The notes: generated from the sequence alone by a model not told the origin. 64,000 bases of DNA from Lentisphaeria bacterium (GCA_041690595.1 JAWLHB010000005.1:62001-126000); one strand, 5' to 3'; counted from the stretch's first letter, positions 28,702 through 37,688 are shown. Numbers and translations are program-made.

Positions 28702-29292
28702 TCATCGCCAGTCGTCATATCCGGCCTCACGGAAAGCCTGCCGAATCGGCACGATCACGCGGTCGTAGAAGGTCTTGCGGGGGATGCCCTCGGTGCGCGC
28801 CAGATCGCTGATGGAGCGTCCCTCCATGATCCCGCTGCAGCAGGTGCGCAGGCATTCGGGAAGGCGACCGACCACGGCATGCACATCCATGCGCAGGATG
28901 GTCTCGTCGTGCCGTGACCGGTTGCGGCGGCCGAGGTGGATGTCGATCTCGTCGGCACCCAGCAGGTCCTGTAGCGTGCCGGTTTCCCCGTCGGTCTCAT
29001 TGCGATGTCGCGCGTCGAGGGATTCGGCGTCCCGGTGACAGCGGCGCTTCTGCCGGGACCGGTCGCGCAGAATGCGCCTGGATTTCCCATCAACCACGAG
29101 CTGGATGAAGGTGGTGAGCTTGCCGCGCCGGGCGTTGTAGAGGGGCAGATGCTCGAGCAGGTCGAGCGTGAGTTCGGAGATGACGTCTTCGAGATTGGCC
29201 GGACCGAGCCCGGACTTGCCGATCATGTTCTGCGCGGTTACTTCGATGTTCGTGCGTGCATACTCTGTGAATCCGGGATGGTTGGCATCCAT
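28702..29292 (-). CDS. Phage-encoded sigma-70/ECF-like sigma factor
   Basis: Region-2-like EDVISELTLDLL...YNARRGKLTTFI; SLD; region-4 HTH LPECLR...GRSISDLARTEGIPRKT. Confidence 0.8.
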   Translation of the reverse strand: MDANHPGFTEYARTNIEVTAQNMIGKSGLGPANLEDVISELTLDLLEHLPLYNARRGKLTTFIQLVVDGKSRRILRDRSRQKRRCHRDAESLDARHRNETDGETGTLQDLLGADEIDIHLGRRNRSRHDETILRMDVHAVVGRLPECLRTCCSGIMEGRSISDLARTEGIPRKTFYDRVIVPIRQAFREAGYDDWR

Positions 29293-29353
29293 TGGGGAGC
29301 CTCCTTGTCGGGCCAGGAGGCGGAGGGGGGACGGATGCCGACCGAATGCGGGC

Positions 29354-29420
29354 AAAATGAAAGCGGAGGGAACCGCAGGGACGCCGTTGTTTCGGCGGCA
29401 CCTACGACTCCCTCCGCTTC
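29354..29420 (-). terminator. Long GC hairpin with U-rich tail upstream of the sigma gene (terminator/attenuator)
   Basis: AAGCGGAGGGAGUCGUAGG...CCUGCGGUUCCCUCCGCUU followed by UCAUUUU on the minus strand. Confidence 0.6.
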
Positions 29421-29526
29421 GCGGCTGGGGTTGATAATCGTCCGATACCTGAATGGTCGCTTACTTGTGGCGGGAGCCTACCCCGTGGTCAGGCGTGGTT
29501 GTCCTCTTCGGCTGTGCCGTTTCCGG

Positions 29527-29958
29527 CTATGCGTTGGTGGTCTCGTTCCCGTTGCTGTCGAGCTTCTCTTTCTTGATCTCCACCCACAGCTCGCGCTGCC
29601 GGTTCCAGTCCGGGACGCGGGTCAACGGCTCGATGTACTTCTGGCTGATCGGGAAACGCCTGCCGTCGGTCTTGGGGAAAAACAGGATCTCTTCCTGGAT
29701 ATCGGGTGCGAGCATGATCAGGTCCATGATCTGGGTCATCCGCGGTCGGGTCACCTGTTCCCGACGGGCGAGTGTCGCCATGTCGCGCACCTCTCCCTGA
29801 CGCAGCATCTCGTCGTAGGTGATGGCCAGCGCCATGAGTCGGCTCAGGCGCGGGATGCGCCCCTTCGGCCGCTTGGGGGGCTTTCCCCGGCGCAGGTGGT
29901 TGTGAAACTTGCGGCCACGCTTGAAGTGGACGCTCCTGGTGACGGTGTACGGTTTCAT
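29527..29958 (-). CDS. Recombinase-associated HTH-like protein
   Basis: RIPRLSRLMALA...LARREQVTRPRMTQIMDL..LAPDIQEEIL. Confidence 0.75.
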   Translation of the reverse strand: MKPYTVTRSVHFKRGRKFHNHLRRGKPPKRPKGRIPRLSRLMALAITYDEMLRQGEVRDMATLARREQVTRPRMTQIMDLIMLAPDIQEEILFFPKTDGRRFPISQKYIEPLTRVPDWNRQRELWVEIKKEKLDSNGNETTNA

Positions 29959-29963
29959 GGCGT

Positions 29964-31511
29964 CTATGCCTCCTTGGCAGCGCGCTCTTCGTTGAGCGCC
30001 TTGATTCCGTTGGGATGAAAGGTGATGGACACGGTGCCTTCATTGGCATCGTACTCGACCCGCTCGATGACGAGCATGAGCAGACGCCATTGTTCCTTGC
30101 TGGTGAGGGTGTCCCACACGGGGTTGAACTCCCGGCAGGCGGTCGTGATCTCGTTCTCCGTCAGAATGCCCTCGCGCAGGTTCTCCAGTTCGTCGGATGC
30201 CGTCTCGAAGTCGCGGGTGGTGGCGTCGATGCGTTCGTGCAGCGCGGCCAAGTGGGACGTCGAGGTCGGCAGGTTGGCGCTCAGGGACAGGGATTCCATC
30301 TCCTTCTTCGTCGCGTCCAGGTCCTGGCGCAGAAGGCGGCAATGCTTGTCCTTCTCGACGATCTCCGCCGCCCGGACCCGCTGGCTTTCCTCGACCACCC
30401 GGCGGACCAGTTCCTCGTCGCGACCGACGGCGCGAATCTCGTCGATCACGAAGCTCTCTATCTCGTTGGCGGGCAGTGACGGCTGCGGACATTTGGCCCA
30501 GCCGCGTCTCTGGGCATGGGTGCAGACGTAGTAGCGGTACCGCCGGTTGTTGCTGACCGAGTAGCTGTGGATCATGCGTGTCCCGCACGCCTTGCACCAG
30601 AGCAGGTGGCTGAGCATGGACCCGGAGCGGTTGCGCAGTTCGCCGCCGCAGCGTCTGTTCCGGGCGAGCAGGCGCTGCACTTGTGCGAACGTATCCTCGT
30701 CGACGACGGGCTCGTGCTGGCCGGGATAGACCTTCCCGTGGTGGCGCACCTTGCCGAGGTAGATGGGGTTGGTCAGCAAATTGTGCAGCGAGGTCTTCAT
30801 GAACGGTTTGCCCTGGTGGACCTTCCCCGAGCGGGTGACCCAAGTCTTGTTGGTCCAGCCCCGGCTGTCGAGTTCGTCGAGCACCTTGCGCAGTGTGCCG
30901 AGTTCGAGGTACATGGCGAAGATGCGGCGGACGTGATCCGCCTCGGTGGGGTTGACGCGGATCTTCCCGCCCTGCGGCACCACGTCGTATCCGAGAACCG
31001 GGGAACCGCCCGACCACTTGCCCTGCTTGCGCGCCATGTGAATCTTGTCGCGCGTGCGTTCGGAGATGACCTCCCGCTCGAACTGCGCGAACGAAAGCAG
31101 GATGTTCAGCGTCAGCCGCCCCATGCTGTTGGCGGAGTTGAAGCTCTGGGTGACCGAGACGAAGGCGACGCTGTGTTCTTCGAATACACCCATGATTCTC
31201 GCGAAGTCGAGCAGAGAACGGGAGAGGCGGTCGACTTTGTAGACGACCACGCAATCGATCTCTCTCGCTTCGATGCGTTTCAGCAGGCGTTGGAGCGCGG
31301 GCCGGTCGACATTGCCGCCGGTGTAGCCGCCGTCATCGTAGCGGTCGATGAGGCATTCCCATCCCTCGCCGACTTGGCTGGCGATGAAGTTCTCGCCTGC
31401 CAGGCGCTGGGCATCGAGCGAGTTTAATTCCTGGTCCAGTCCTTCATCCGTGCTCTTGCGCGTGTAGATCGCGCAGCGCACGGGCTTCTGTGCGTCAGTC
31501 GTTGTTGCCAT
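29964..31511 (-). CDS. Large serine recombinase
   Basis: CAIYTRKS, DDGG, RPALQRL, YKVDRLSR; recombinase domain NPIYLG; Zn ribbon CKAC...C...C; coiled coil. Confidence 0.93.
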   Translation of the reverse strand: MATTTDAQKPVRCAIYTRKSTDEGLDQELNSLDAQRLAGENFIASQVGEGWECLIDRYDDGGYTGGNVDRPALQRLLKRIEAREIDCVVVYKVDRLSRSLLDFARIMGVFEEHSVAFVSVTQSFNSANSMGRLTLNILLSFAQFEREVISERTRDKIHMARKQGKWSGGSPVLGYDVVPQGGKIRVNPTEADHVRRIFAMYLELGTLRKVLDELDSRGWTNKTWVTRSGKVHQGKPFMKTSLHNLLTNPIYLGKVRHHGKVYPGQHEPVVDEDTFAQVQRLLARNRRCGGELRNRSGSMLSHLLWCKACGTRMIHSYSVSNNRRYRYYVCTHAQRRGWAKCPQPSLPANEIESFVIDEIRAVGRDEELVRRVVEESQRVRAAEIVEKDKHCRLLRQDLDATKKEMESLSLSANLPTSTSHLAALHERIDATTRDFETASDELENLREGILTENEITTACREFNPVWDTLTSKEQWRLLMLVIERVEYDANEGTVSITFHPNGIKALNEERAAKEA

Positions 31512-32010
31512 TATCAGTGCTCCTCTTCTTGCTCCTGAGTCCGAAAAACGCGCGGCCATTCCAGTGCGAGCCGGTCACGGCCTTGGCCACTCCGGAGAGG
31601 GAGCCGTACAAATCGCCTTCCCAGCGGACCCCGTTCTCGACGATCTCCGCCAGGATCAGCCGCCCCTTGTAGACGCGCTCGAGTTTCGTGCCCGGCAGAA
31701 TGTCCGTCTCGTGATCGAGGATGGCGGCGGGTGCCGGTCGGGTGACGACTTCCCCGTCTCCGCGCGGCGGCAGTTTGGGTGCGGTCAGGCGGACATCCGA
31801 GTCCCTGGCCAGCTCGATGGCCCGCTGCCGGGCGCGGTAGGAGATACCCCCGCGGGCATTCGCCTGCATGCGCCAGATGATCCGCTTGATGAGGTAGGGC
31901 TTATGCTTGGTGGTGTTGGTCTCGTGAAAGACCTGCTCGTACCGCTCCTGCAGCTCGGGGATGGTCATCCCCTGCAGGTCGGCCAGTTCGCGTTCGACAT
32001 CGATTCGCAT
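31495..32010 (-). CDS. DUF2924 domain protein
   Basis: L.ERY..VF...LIKRIIWRMQ...PGT.L.RVYKG...SLS.VAKAVTGSHWNG.AFFGL. Confidence 0.88.
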   Translation of the reverse strand: MRIDVERELADLQGMTIPELQERYEQVFHETNTTKHKPYLIKRIIWRMQANARGGISYRARQRAIELARDSDVRLTAPKLPPRGDGEVVTRPAPAAILDHETDILPGTKLERVYKGRLILAEIVENGVRWEGDLYGSLSGVAKAVTGSHWNGRAFFGLRSKKRSTDNGNND

Positions 32011-32037
32011 GGTTGTCCTCCGTTGGTTTGGAACTCG

Positions 32038-32235
32038 TTACCGGACAACCACATGAGTCGCTGAAGAGGGCGAAAGCTCAAGTCGTTCTCTCCCGGAATC
32101 CGAGAGTTTTTCCGACCTTTCTCGAAGTGCCCCCGGACGACGCGCGAGACGGACGATGGCGGAAGAGAAAAGGCGGACGATTTCCTCGCGCCGCTCTTCG
32201 GCGGAAGACGGGACCGGATCGGTCAGATACGACAT
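32038..32235 (-). CDS. Small hypothetical protein
   Basis: MSYLTDPVPSSAEERREEIVRLFSSAIVRL; AAGGAG RBS. Confidence 0.55.
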   Translation of the reverse strand: MSYLTDPVPSSAEERREEIVRLFSSAIVRLARRPGALRERSEKLSDSGRERLELSPSSATHVVVR

Positions 32236-32347
32236 GGCAGAACTCCTTGGTCGGGCGTTGCCGCCTACGGAATCCTGCGCTTCGCGCCGGGAATGCCGTC
32301 CGACGAATGGCTGGCGTCGAGGTGACGCGCTCTGTATGGCTCTGTTT

Positions 32348-32379
32348 ATTTTCTTCACCGTCACACTCCGGGTTGGCGG
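32348..32379 (-). promoter_or_regulatory. Variant motif CCGCCA-N14-GGTGAAGAAAAT, copy 4 (recombinase operon)
   Basis: Same hexamers and 14-nt spacer. Confidence 0.65.
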
Positions 32380-32409
32380 AAAAGCGGGGGCATTTCGGGG
32401 AGAATCCGT

Positions 32410-32757
32410 CTACCGCGAAGCCGCCCGGCGGTTATCGACCACTTCCAAGTGGCGGGGCAGTCCCGCCGTGACGATGAGCGAACAGACCGTGCCGTCGCCG
32501 ACGCGACGGAGGTGGTCGAACAGGTCGACAATTTCCCGCTTGAGTTCGGTGTCCGCCTGCACGAGTTCGCGGCGCGGGCTGTTGTCGCCGCCCCCGAGCT
32601 TGATCTTGCGGATCACGCGGGTGTCGTCGGTGAATACGGGTTCGCCATCCCGGACGAGCAGGTTTTCGATGCAGGCGTGATTGACCTCCTGCATGACCTC
32701 GACGAGATGGCGTTTCGGGGAGGAGAGCTGTGACTTGCGGATCGGGCTGGCCTTCAT
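32410..32757 (-). CDS. Hypothetical phage protein
   Basis: 115 aa; KSQLS...LVEVMQ.VN...IENL.VRDGEPVF; GGAGG RBS. Confidence 0.75.
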   Translation of the reverse strand: MKASPIRKSQLSSPKRHLVEVMQEVNHACIENLLVRDGEPVFTDDTRVIRKIKLGGGDNSPRRELVQADTELKREIVDLFDHLRRVGDGTVCSLIVTAGLPRHLEVVDNRRAASR

Positions 32758-32831
32758 GGCGTTGCCTCCCTGGCAGATTCGGTTGACCGTCTGCGCCGTC
32801 GCACCGTGCTTCGGCGTCTGCCTGGGGGGAG

Positions 32832-32946
32832 GATTTCACGAAAGACCGAGCCGTCCTGAGAAGAAAAGCGCAACCGCCGCATTTGCAGACGGTTGCGCTT
32901 TGCGATTTCACTTTGCCGATTTCACGAAAGACCGACAAGTGAAATT
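32832..32946. promoter_or_regulatory. Operator-like repeats flanking a hairpin
   Basis: GATTTCACGAAAGACCGA at 32832-32849 and 32918-32935; further GATTTCAC and inverted GTGAAAT; hairpin 32865-32901. Confidence 0.6.
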
Positions 32947-32950
32947 CGGG

Positions 32951-33865
32951 CTATCCCCGGTACTCCATAATCTGCCGGGGATTGTGGACGATCTGCCAGA
33001 GCCATTGCAGCTCGCGGTCGTCGTCTTTCAGGGCGCGATAGACAGAGGCGGGACTGGTCCCGATGAGACCGGCGAGCTGCTTCTGCTGCACCGGGGGCAG
33101 GTTGTCCTCCCAGTGACGGGACAGGAGGCTCTTGCGCGACAGGATTTCCTCGTGCAGGGCTTTCTTAAGCAGGTCGATGGCCGCCGCCCGGGGGGCGCGC
33201 TTCTTCGGCGGTGCCGGAGCGGGTTCGGTCGCTGCAACCACGCTCTCGACCTGGCCCGTGACCGCGTTGGCGTCGAAGCGAAGCCCGCCATCCTCGAGCG
33301 TGGCCAGGTGACGCACCTCGAAGACCCGGTCAGGGTCGAGCGCCGGTGGTGTTCGAGGCGTGACGCCCATGATGAACAGAACCGAAACGCCGTCCGTCGG
33401 CAGGCTCGGGTTGAGATCCTCGGTCACGCGACGCGCCAGCCACAGCGTCCGCGATTGGCGCGCGATGGCGGCGCGCCCCAGGTTCCACAGCCGGTTGGGC
33501 ACGACCTCCTGCGCCCCTCCCGTACAGGCAAACGTGTCGCCCAGCAGGGAAGCCACACGAGCATAGTCCGGCACCCATTGACGAAGCCGGTCCGGGTGGA
33601 TCGGGACGCGACCGCACTCGGGACACATGATGAACATCCGAGTGCGCCCGTCGGGATAGCTGAAGCGAAACACCTCTCCCACGGTGCCGAGGTCACACCC
33701 GTCGCATTCGGCCGACCTGGCGGTTCGCGTCGGTTTGAGAAGCCCCGCATCGATCAAGGCTTCCCGGACGGACTTCGGGAAACGCATCACGTCGTCGTGC
33801 GTGAGGACCGGGCTGTCGAGTTGCGCCAGGTCCCAGAACAATTGGAGTGCGTCAGGCTGCTTCAA
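32951..33865 (-). CDS. Zn-ribbon plus C-terminal HTH protein
   Basis: CDGC...CPEC; C-terminal QKQLAGLIGTSPASVYRAL. Confidence 0.7.
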   Translation of the reverse strand: MKQPDALQLFWDLAQLDSPVLTHDDVMRFPKSVREALIDAGLLKPTRTARSAECDGCDLGTVGEVFRFSYPDGRTRMFIMCPECGRVPIHPDRLRQWVPDYARVASLLGDTFACTGGAQEVVPNRLWNLGRAAIARQSRTLWLARRVTEDLNPSLPTDGVSVLFIMGVTPRTPPALDPDRVFEVRHLATLEDGGLRFDANAVTGQVESVVAATEPAPAPPKKRAPRAAAIDLLKKALHEEILSRKSLLSRHWEDNLPPVQQKQLAGLIGTSPASVYRALKDDDRELQWLWQIVHNPRQIMEYRG

Positions 33866-35021
33866 TGCCCCACCTCCTCAGGTATTTCTCGCCCAGTTCG
33901 CGGAGACGCTCGGGCTTGCTCTTCAGGCTGCAGGTGCGCGGACTGATGTCGAAGGTCAGCGACTTCGAACGCCCGTAGCCTTCCAGTTCCATGCAGATCC
34001 GCGCCTTTTGAACGCGCAGCAGCGTGATCGGCAGTTTCTCGTGGTTCAGGTCGTTCTCCAGGGCCACATAGATGTCCTCGGGATTGCCTTCCAGGGGCAA
34101 CTGCACGGTGATCTTCTTCTTGGGATTGCCCATGGGCGACACGCACAGCAGGCGGATGGCCACCTGCGTGATCCCGTCCTCGGGATCGGTCTCGAAGCCG
34201 AAGGCGCGGTCCGTGAGCCCGTCCAACCGGTGGGGACACTCGTCCGGGTCTTCCGGTTCGAGAGCGATATCCAGCACAGCCTTGGCGAACAGTTCCTCCA
34301 ATGGCTCCACGATCTTGCGGCCGCCCTGCGCGTACACGTCCATGGTGCCGACCTCGCGGTCGTAGACGAACACGACCTCGAACGCGTGGCACCGCTTGAT
34401 CCGCTGCCAGTTGCCTTCCTCGTCCCAGATAATCTCCGTGTCCGGGTGATCGCTCAGATACACGAAGAAGTAGTCCAGGTGGGCATTGCGCCGCAGGTGA
34501 TCGATCCGGCAGAGCTGGCCCCGCCCCTGTGCCTGCCAATAGAAGGCTGAGATGTCGGTCTGCAGCCCCTGGATCACCAGGGGCGACAGGTCCGGCGCTT
34601 TCTTGGGCAGGCCGTTGCGCTTGTGCCAGGACCGGCTCTGCAGCGTTTCTGCGTGGGCCAGGACGGCTGCCTTGTCCCACACTGCCGTGTGGTTCAGTAG
34701 CATCCAGGCCGCCTTGTCATATCGGCTGTCGAGGCGGTCGAGGTCCACGACCACGTCGAGACCATTGAACACGGCCTCCTCGATCAGGATGCGGATGCCA
34801 CTCTCGACCTGGGCCACGGTGTGAATATCCTGCAGCTCGACTTCGAAGTCGCGGCGGGCGGTCTCCGGCAGGTTCAGGAAGGCGTCATAGATGTCCTGAA
34901 CCTGACGCGGTCCGAGGTCCTCCCAGTCCGCGTCGACGGTGTGCCCGTGGTGCTCGAAGAGGTCCTTCAGCATCGTGTTGCTGATCTGCCGCAGGACGGT
35001 TTTCGGGTTGTACTGCTTCAT
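33852..35021 (-). CDS. Uncharacterised ~389-aa protein
   Basis: Long ORF with AAGGAG RBS, overlapping the next gene. Confidence 0.75.
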   Translation of the reverse strand: MKQYNPKTVLRQISNTMLKDLFEHHGHTVDADWEDLGPRQVQDIYDAFLNLPETARRDFEVELQDIHTVAQVESGIRILIEEAVFNGLDVVVDLDRLDSRYDKAAWMLLNHTAVWDKAAVLAHAETLQSRSWHKRNGLPKKAPDLSPLVIQGLQTDISAFYWQAQGRGQLCRIDHLRRNAHLDYFFVYLSDHPDTEIIWDEEGNWQRIKRCHAFEVVFVYDREVGTMDVYAQGGRKIVEPLEELFAKAVLDIALEPEDPDECPHRLDGLTDRAFGFETDPEDGITQVAIRLLCVSPMGNPKKKITVQLPLEGNPEDIYVALENDLNHEKLPITLLRVQKARICMELEGYGRSKSLTFDISPRTCSLKSKPERLRELGEKYLRRWGIEAA

Positions 35022-35104
35022 CTGTCTGTCACTCCTTGGATTGTCCCTGTTCAATAAACGCTAAACGGTGCTGCGCAAAAAAAGAGAGGTACGCTTCGCC
35101 CCCT

Positions 35105-35806
35105 TCAGAAGATCCCTCCATGCTGTGGCGGTTCGGTGTCCAGCAGCTTCAGACCCACCAGCCGTATCTGCATTGCCTGTGCCGAGACATTGAAGTACCG
35201 GGCCATTCGCTTGGCCGCTTCGCAGCTCGGGTCGAGTTCGTCGTCTGTCAGCCCGTACACGCCGCGCAGTTCGCAGATTTCCTCATGCACATTGAGCGCG
35301 CCGTCGTCACTGCCCAGTTCCTGCCACGCTTCACGGATCATGTGTTCGGGCATCAGCAGGAACCCGGCAAAGCTGTCCGCCTGCCATTCGCGCGGCTCCT
35401 TGGACTGCGATGACCGGCAGACGATGGGCGGAGGGGGTTCCCCGAGGTCGAAAAGTGTCAGTTGCTTCCGCTCGGTCAGGATCTGTGGAACGTGCAGCAC
35501 CCAGTGTCCCACTTCGTGGGCGACGGTGAAACGGTAGCGCCCCTCCCGCTGCGGGTTCTCCTCCGGGTCCAGGGACATATCGAAAACGACGCTGCCCTTG
35601 TCGATGAACGACGCGCCCAGCACATCGTCGGAGCCGAAGCGGGCGGACAGGTCGTCGAAATCCATCGCCAGGTCGAGCTGACACTCGAGGATCTCCTCGA
35701 CCGGGATGGGCGGTATGGCGATCCTGCCGTAACTCTCACCGTAGTCGGCCAGAACCTTGTACGCCGCGCGCTCGATGCGCTGGATGGGAATGAAGTCGCG
35801 CTTCAT
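35105..35806 (-). CDS. ImmA/IrrE family metallopeptidase (anti-repressor)
   Basis: RYRFTVAHEVGHW (HExxH); EWQADSFAGFLLMP; FNVSAQAM.IRL. Confidence 0.92.
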   Translation of the reverse strand: MKRDFIPIQRIERAAYKVLADYGESYGRIAIPPIPVEEILECQLDLAMDFDDLSARFGSDDVLGASFIDKGSVVFDMSLDPEENPQREGRYRFTVAHEVGHWVLHVPQILTERKQLTLFDLGEPPPPIVCRSSQSKEPREWQADSFAGFLLMPEHMIREAWQELGSDDGALNVHEEICELRGVYGLTDDELDPSCEAAKRMARYFNVSAQAMQIRLVGLKLLDTEPPQHGGIF

Positions 35807-36189
35807 GACTGCCGGTCATCCTCCTCGGACTCCACCTCCCGCCGAAGGCGCTCGGTCAGTTCCTGCAGTTTCTCGGCGGACATGCCGCGCGTGGTACGAA
35901 GGAAATCGGCCATGGCCACAGGCCGTTCCCGGATGATCTCCGTCAGCTCCGGGTCCACCTTCTCGGCGATAGCCAGCAGCTCGTCGGCATCGATCTCCAG
36001 CAGCTCGGCCATGCGGATGATCTTGTCGGCGGCGGGCGGATCGAACTCGCCCGTCTCGATCTTGCTCAGGAACGTCGGACTGATCCCCACCGCCTTGGCG
36101 AACTTGCGCAGCGAGAAATTCGGGTCGGTGCGTTTCCGCGCCTCCCGCAGATCCCGTATTCGCTGTCCGAAGACCGGGTTGCCTGACAT
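35803..36189 (-). CDS. XRE-family HTH repressor (ImmR-like)
   Basis: FGQRIRDLR...SLRKFAKAVGISPTFLSKIETG; ATGA overlap with the ImmA-like gene. Confidence 0.92.
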   Translation of the reverse strand: MSGNPVFGQRIRDLREARKRTDPNFSLRKFAKAVGISPTFLSKIETGEFDPPAADKIIRMAELLEIDADELLAIAEKVDPELTEIIRERPVAMADFLRTTRGMSAEKLQELTERLRREVESEEDDRQS

Positions 36190-36576
36190 GGTCGTGTCCT
36201 CCGTTAATGATTACTGTTTAGAATATAGTACACACCGGGCACCCGTCAATCCGCAAATGCGGAATTCCGTGTGATGGCTCGGCGACTGGCAATTCGCCTT
36301 TACCCTCGGGCTGCGCCAACGCCGTTTTCGATTATCGCGCGTCTGTGCGCATGGGGCTCATGCCTTTGATCCATTCCCTTGCGAGCTGGGCCGTGTGGAG
36401 ATTCCCACTTCTCGCCACTGCCGATACTACGGTGCCGCAGGGTAAGAACCGAGTTTCCCAGATAAGATCGAACTCACCTTGTTCCCCCAATCTCCATGGA
36501 GAGGGGGCTCTGAAAATCGCCGACATGACCTCTACAACCGACTGGTGTCCATGTTGTTGATGGTTCGCTGAGGGCT

Positions 36577-36593
36577 TTGGCAGGCCAAATGCT
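36577..36593 (+). promoter_or_regulatory. Candidate sigma-54 promoter
   Basis: TTGGCAGGCCAAATGCT has GG-N10-GC spacing, ~125 bp before the 36717 start. Confidence 0.4.
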
Positions 36594-36716
36594 AAAGGGG
36601 TTGTAGTCTCGCAAACCGGGCAGAGCACTTCCGCCCAAACATAAGGAGAAAAGACAACCAGAGGGAAGTGCGGATCGGCACCAACAGCAGCAACCCAAAG
36701 AACGGAGATTGTCACC

Positions 36717-37076
36717 ATGTTTCACCATCACCCGCACCCGCCGCCACATCACGGGGCACCGCCCCCTCCGCCCCACCATGCGCCTCACGAAGGGCCTCCT
36801 CCGCCCCCCCACTTCGTTCACCATGAGCACAACGGCCTGACGGAGGACGAACTGTGCGTTCTGGAGGGGCTGATCGATGCACCTGAGGTGATCCGCTCGT
36901 TCTCGCGGATTTTCGCCTATGCTCCGCCGGAAATCGGCGCGGTGCTGACCGCCGTGCTCCACTCGCATCGTCTGTTGGCTGAGAAGTGCGACAGGATCGA
37001 GTCACTTATCATGTCGACCAGCTTGGAGCCGGAGGGCAAAGCAGCGCAAGACCCGGAAGGAGGCATTGACCAGTGA
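36717..37076 (+). CDS. His/Pro-rich protein
   Basis: 13 His and 15 Pro in the first 38 aa, then a helical domain; GGAG RBS. Confidence 0.75.
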   Translation: MFHHHPHPPPHHGAPPPPPHHAPHEGPPPPPHFVHHEHNGLTEDELCVLEGLIDAPEVIRSFSRIFAYAPPEIGAVLTAVLHSHRLLAEKCDRIESLIMSTSLEPEGKAAQDPEGGIDQ

Positions 37077-37681
37077 TCTCGTTGTCGCCACACATTGCAG
37101 AGCTCGGGCCACTTACGGTCATCGCCACTATCAGTGATGCGCAGACCAAGAGTGGCAGGGCCACTGCAGGCGTCGGGGACGCGCTCCCCGTGGCACCTGC
37201 CACGGGGAGCGACTGCGGGGAGCGGATTCGCCAGATTCTCCGCACCGCAGTCACACAGCTTCCCGACTACCAGACTAAAACCTGTATCGTGTTTCCGGGG
37301 CCTGAGCTCGTCTTCCTCGAGGCCCTCGCGGACCTCTCCTTCCCTGGCCACGTACTGATGGTGCTGGACGGAGCTTTGGATGGGGCAACGGTTGAGCGCA
37401 TTCGGCGCAACGTCCCCCAACGGCTGGATGTGTCGGTCCACCAGCTGCCTTACGTCCCGGACTCTCTGAGTGTGACCGGTACCGTCTTCGCTGTTCCTGG
37501 TTTTGAGTGCGGTTCGGGGTATGTCCTCGTCACCAAAACCGCTGTCCGAACTCTTGGGTTGTGCCGGAGCTTCTACTTCGGCGACATTGCCTTTGTGGAT
37601 GGTGTGGGGGAACGCGTCTACGGGCGCCCGGCGACCGAGAACTGGGCCTTAGTGCCCAAGCGAACAGTATTCAATTGCTGA
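37073..37681 (+). CDS. Hypothetical alpha/beta protein
   Basis: 202 aa; GTGA overlap with the upstream stop. Confidence 0.7.
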   Translation: MISLSPHIAELGPLTVIATISDAQTKSGRATAGVGDALPVAPATGSDCGERIRQILRTAVTQLPDYQTKTCIVFPGPELVFLEALADLSFPGHVLMVLDGALDGATVERIRRNVPQRLDVSVHQLPYVPDSLSVTGTVFAVPGFECGSGYVLVTKTAVRTLGLCRSFYFGDIAFVDGVGERVYGRPATENWALVPKRTVFNC

Positions 37682-37688
37682 TTGAGGA

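Noticed and set aside
200..34550. Many long plus-strand ORFs (e.g. 606-2135, 5799-7775, 9001-11334, 14975-16561, 17984-19585)
   Set aside because: Antisense shadows of well-supported minus-strand phage genes in high-GC DNA
36332..36718. 128-aa minus-strand ORF, or a riboswitch in the cargo leader (GCACTTCC...GGAAGTGC arms)
   Set aside because: No recognisable motifs; could not match a known riboswitch consensus by eye
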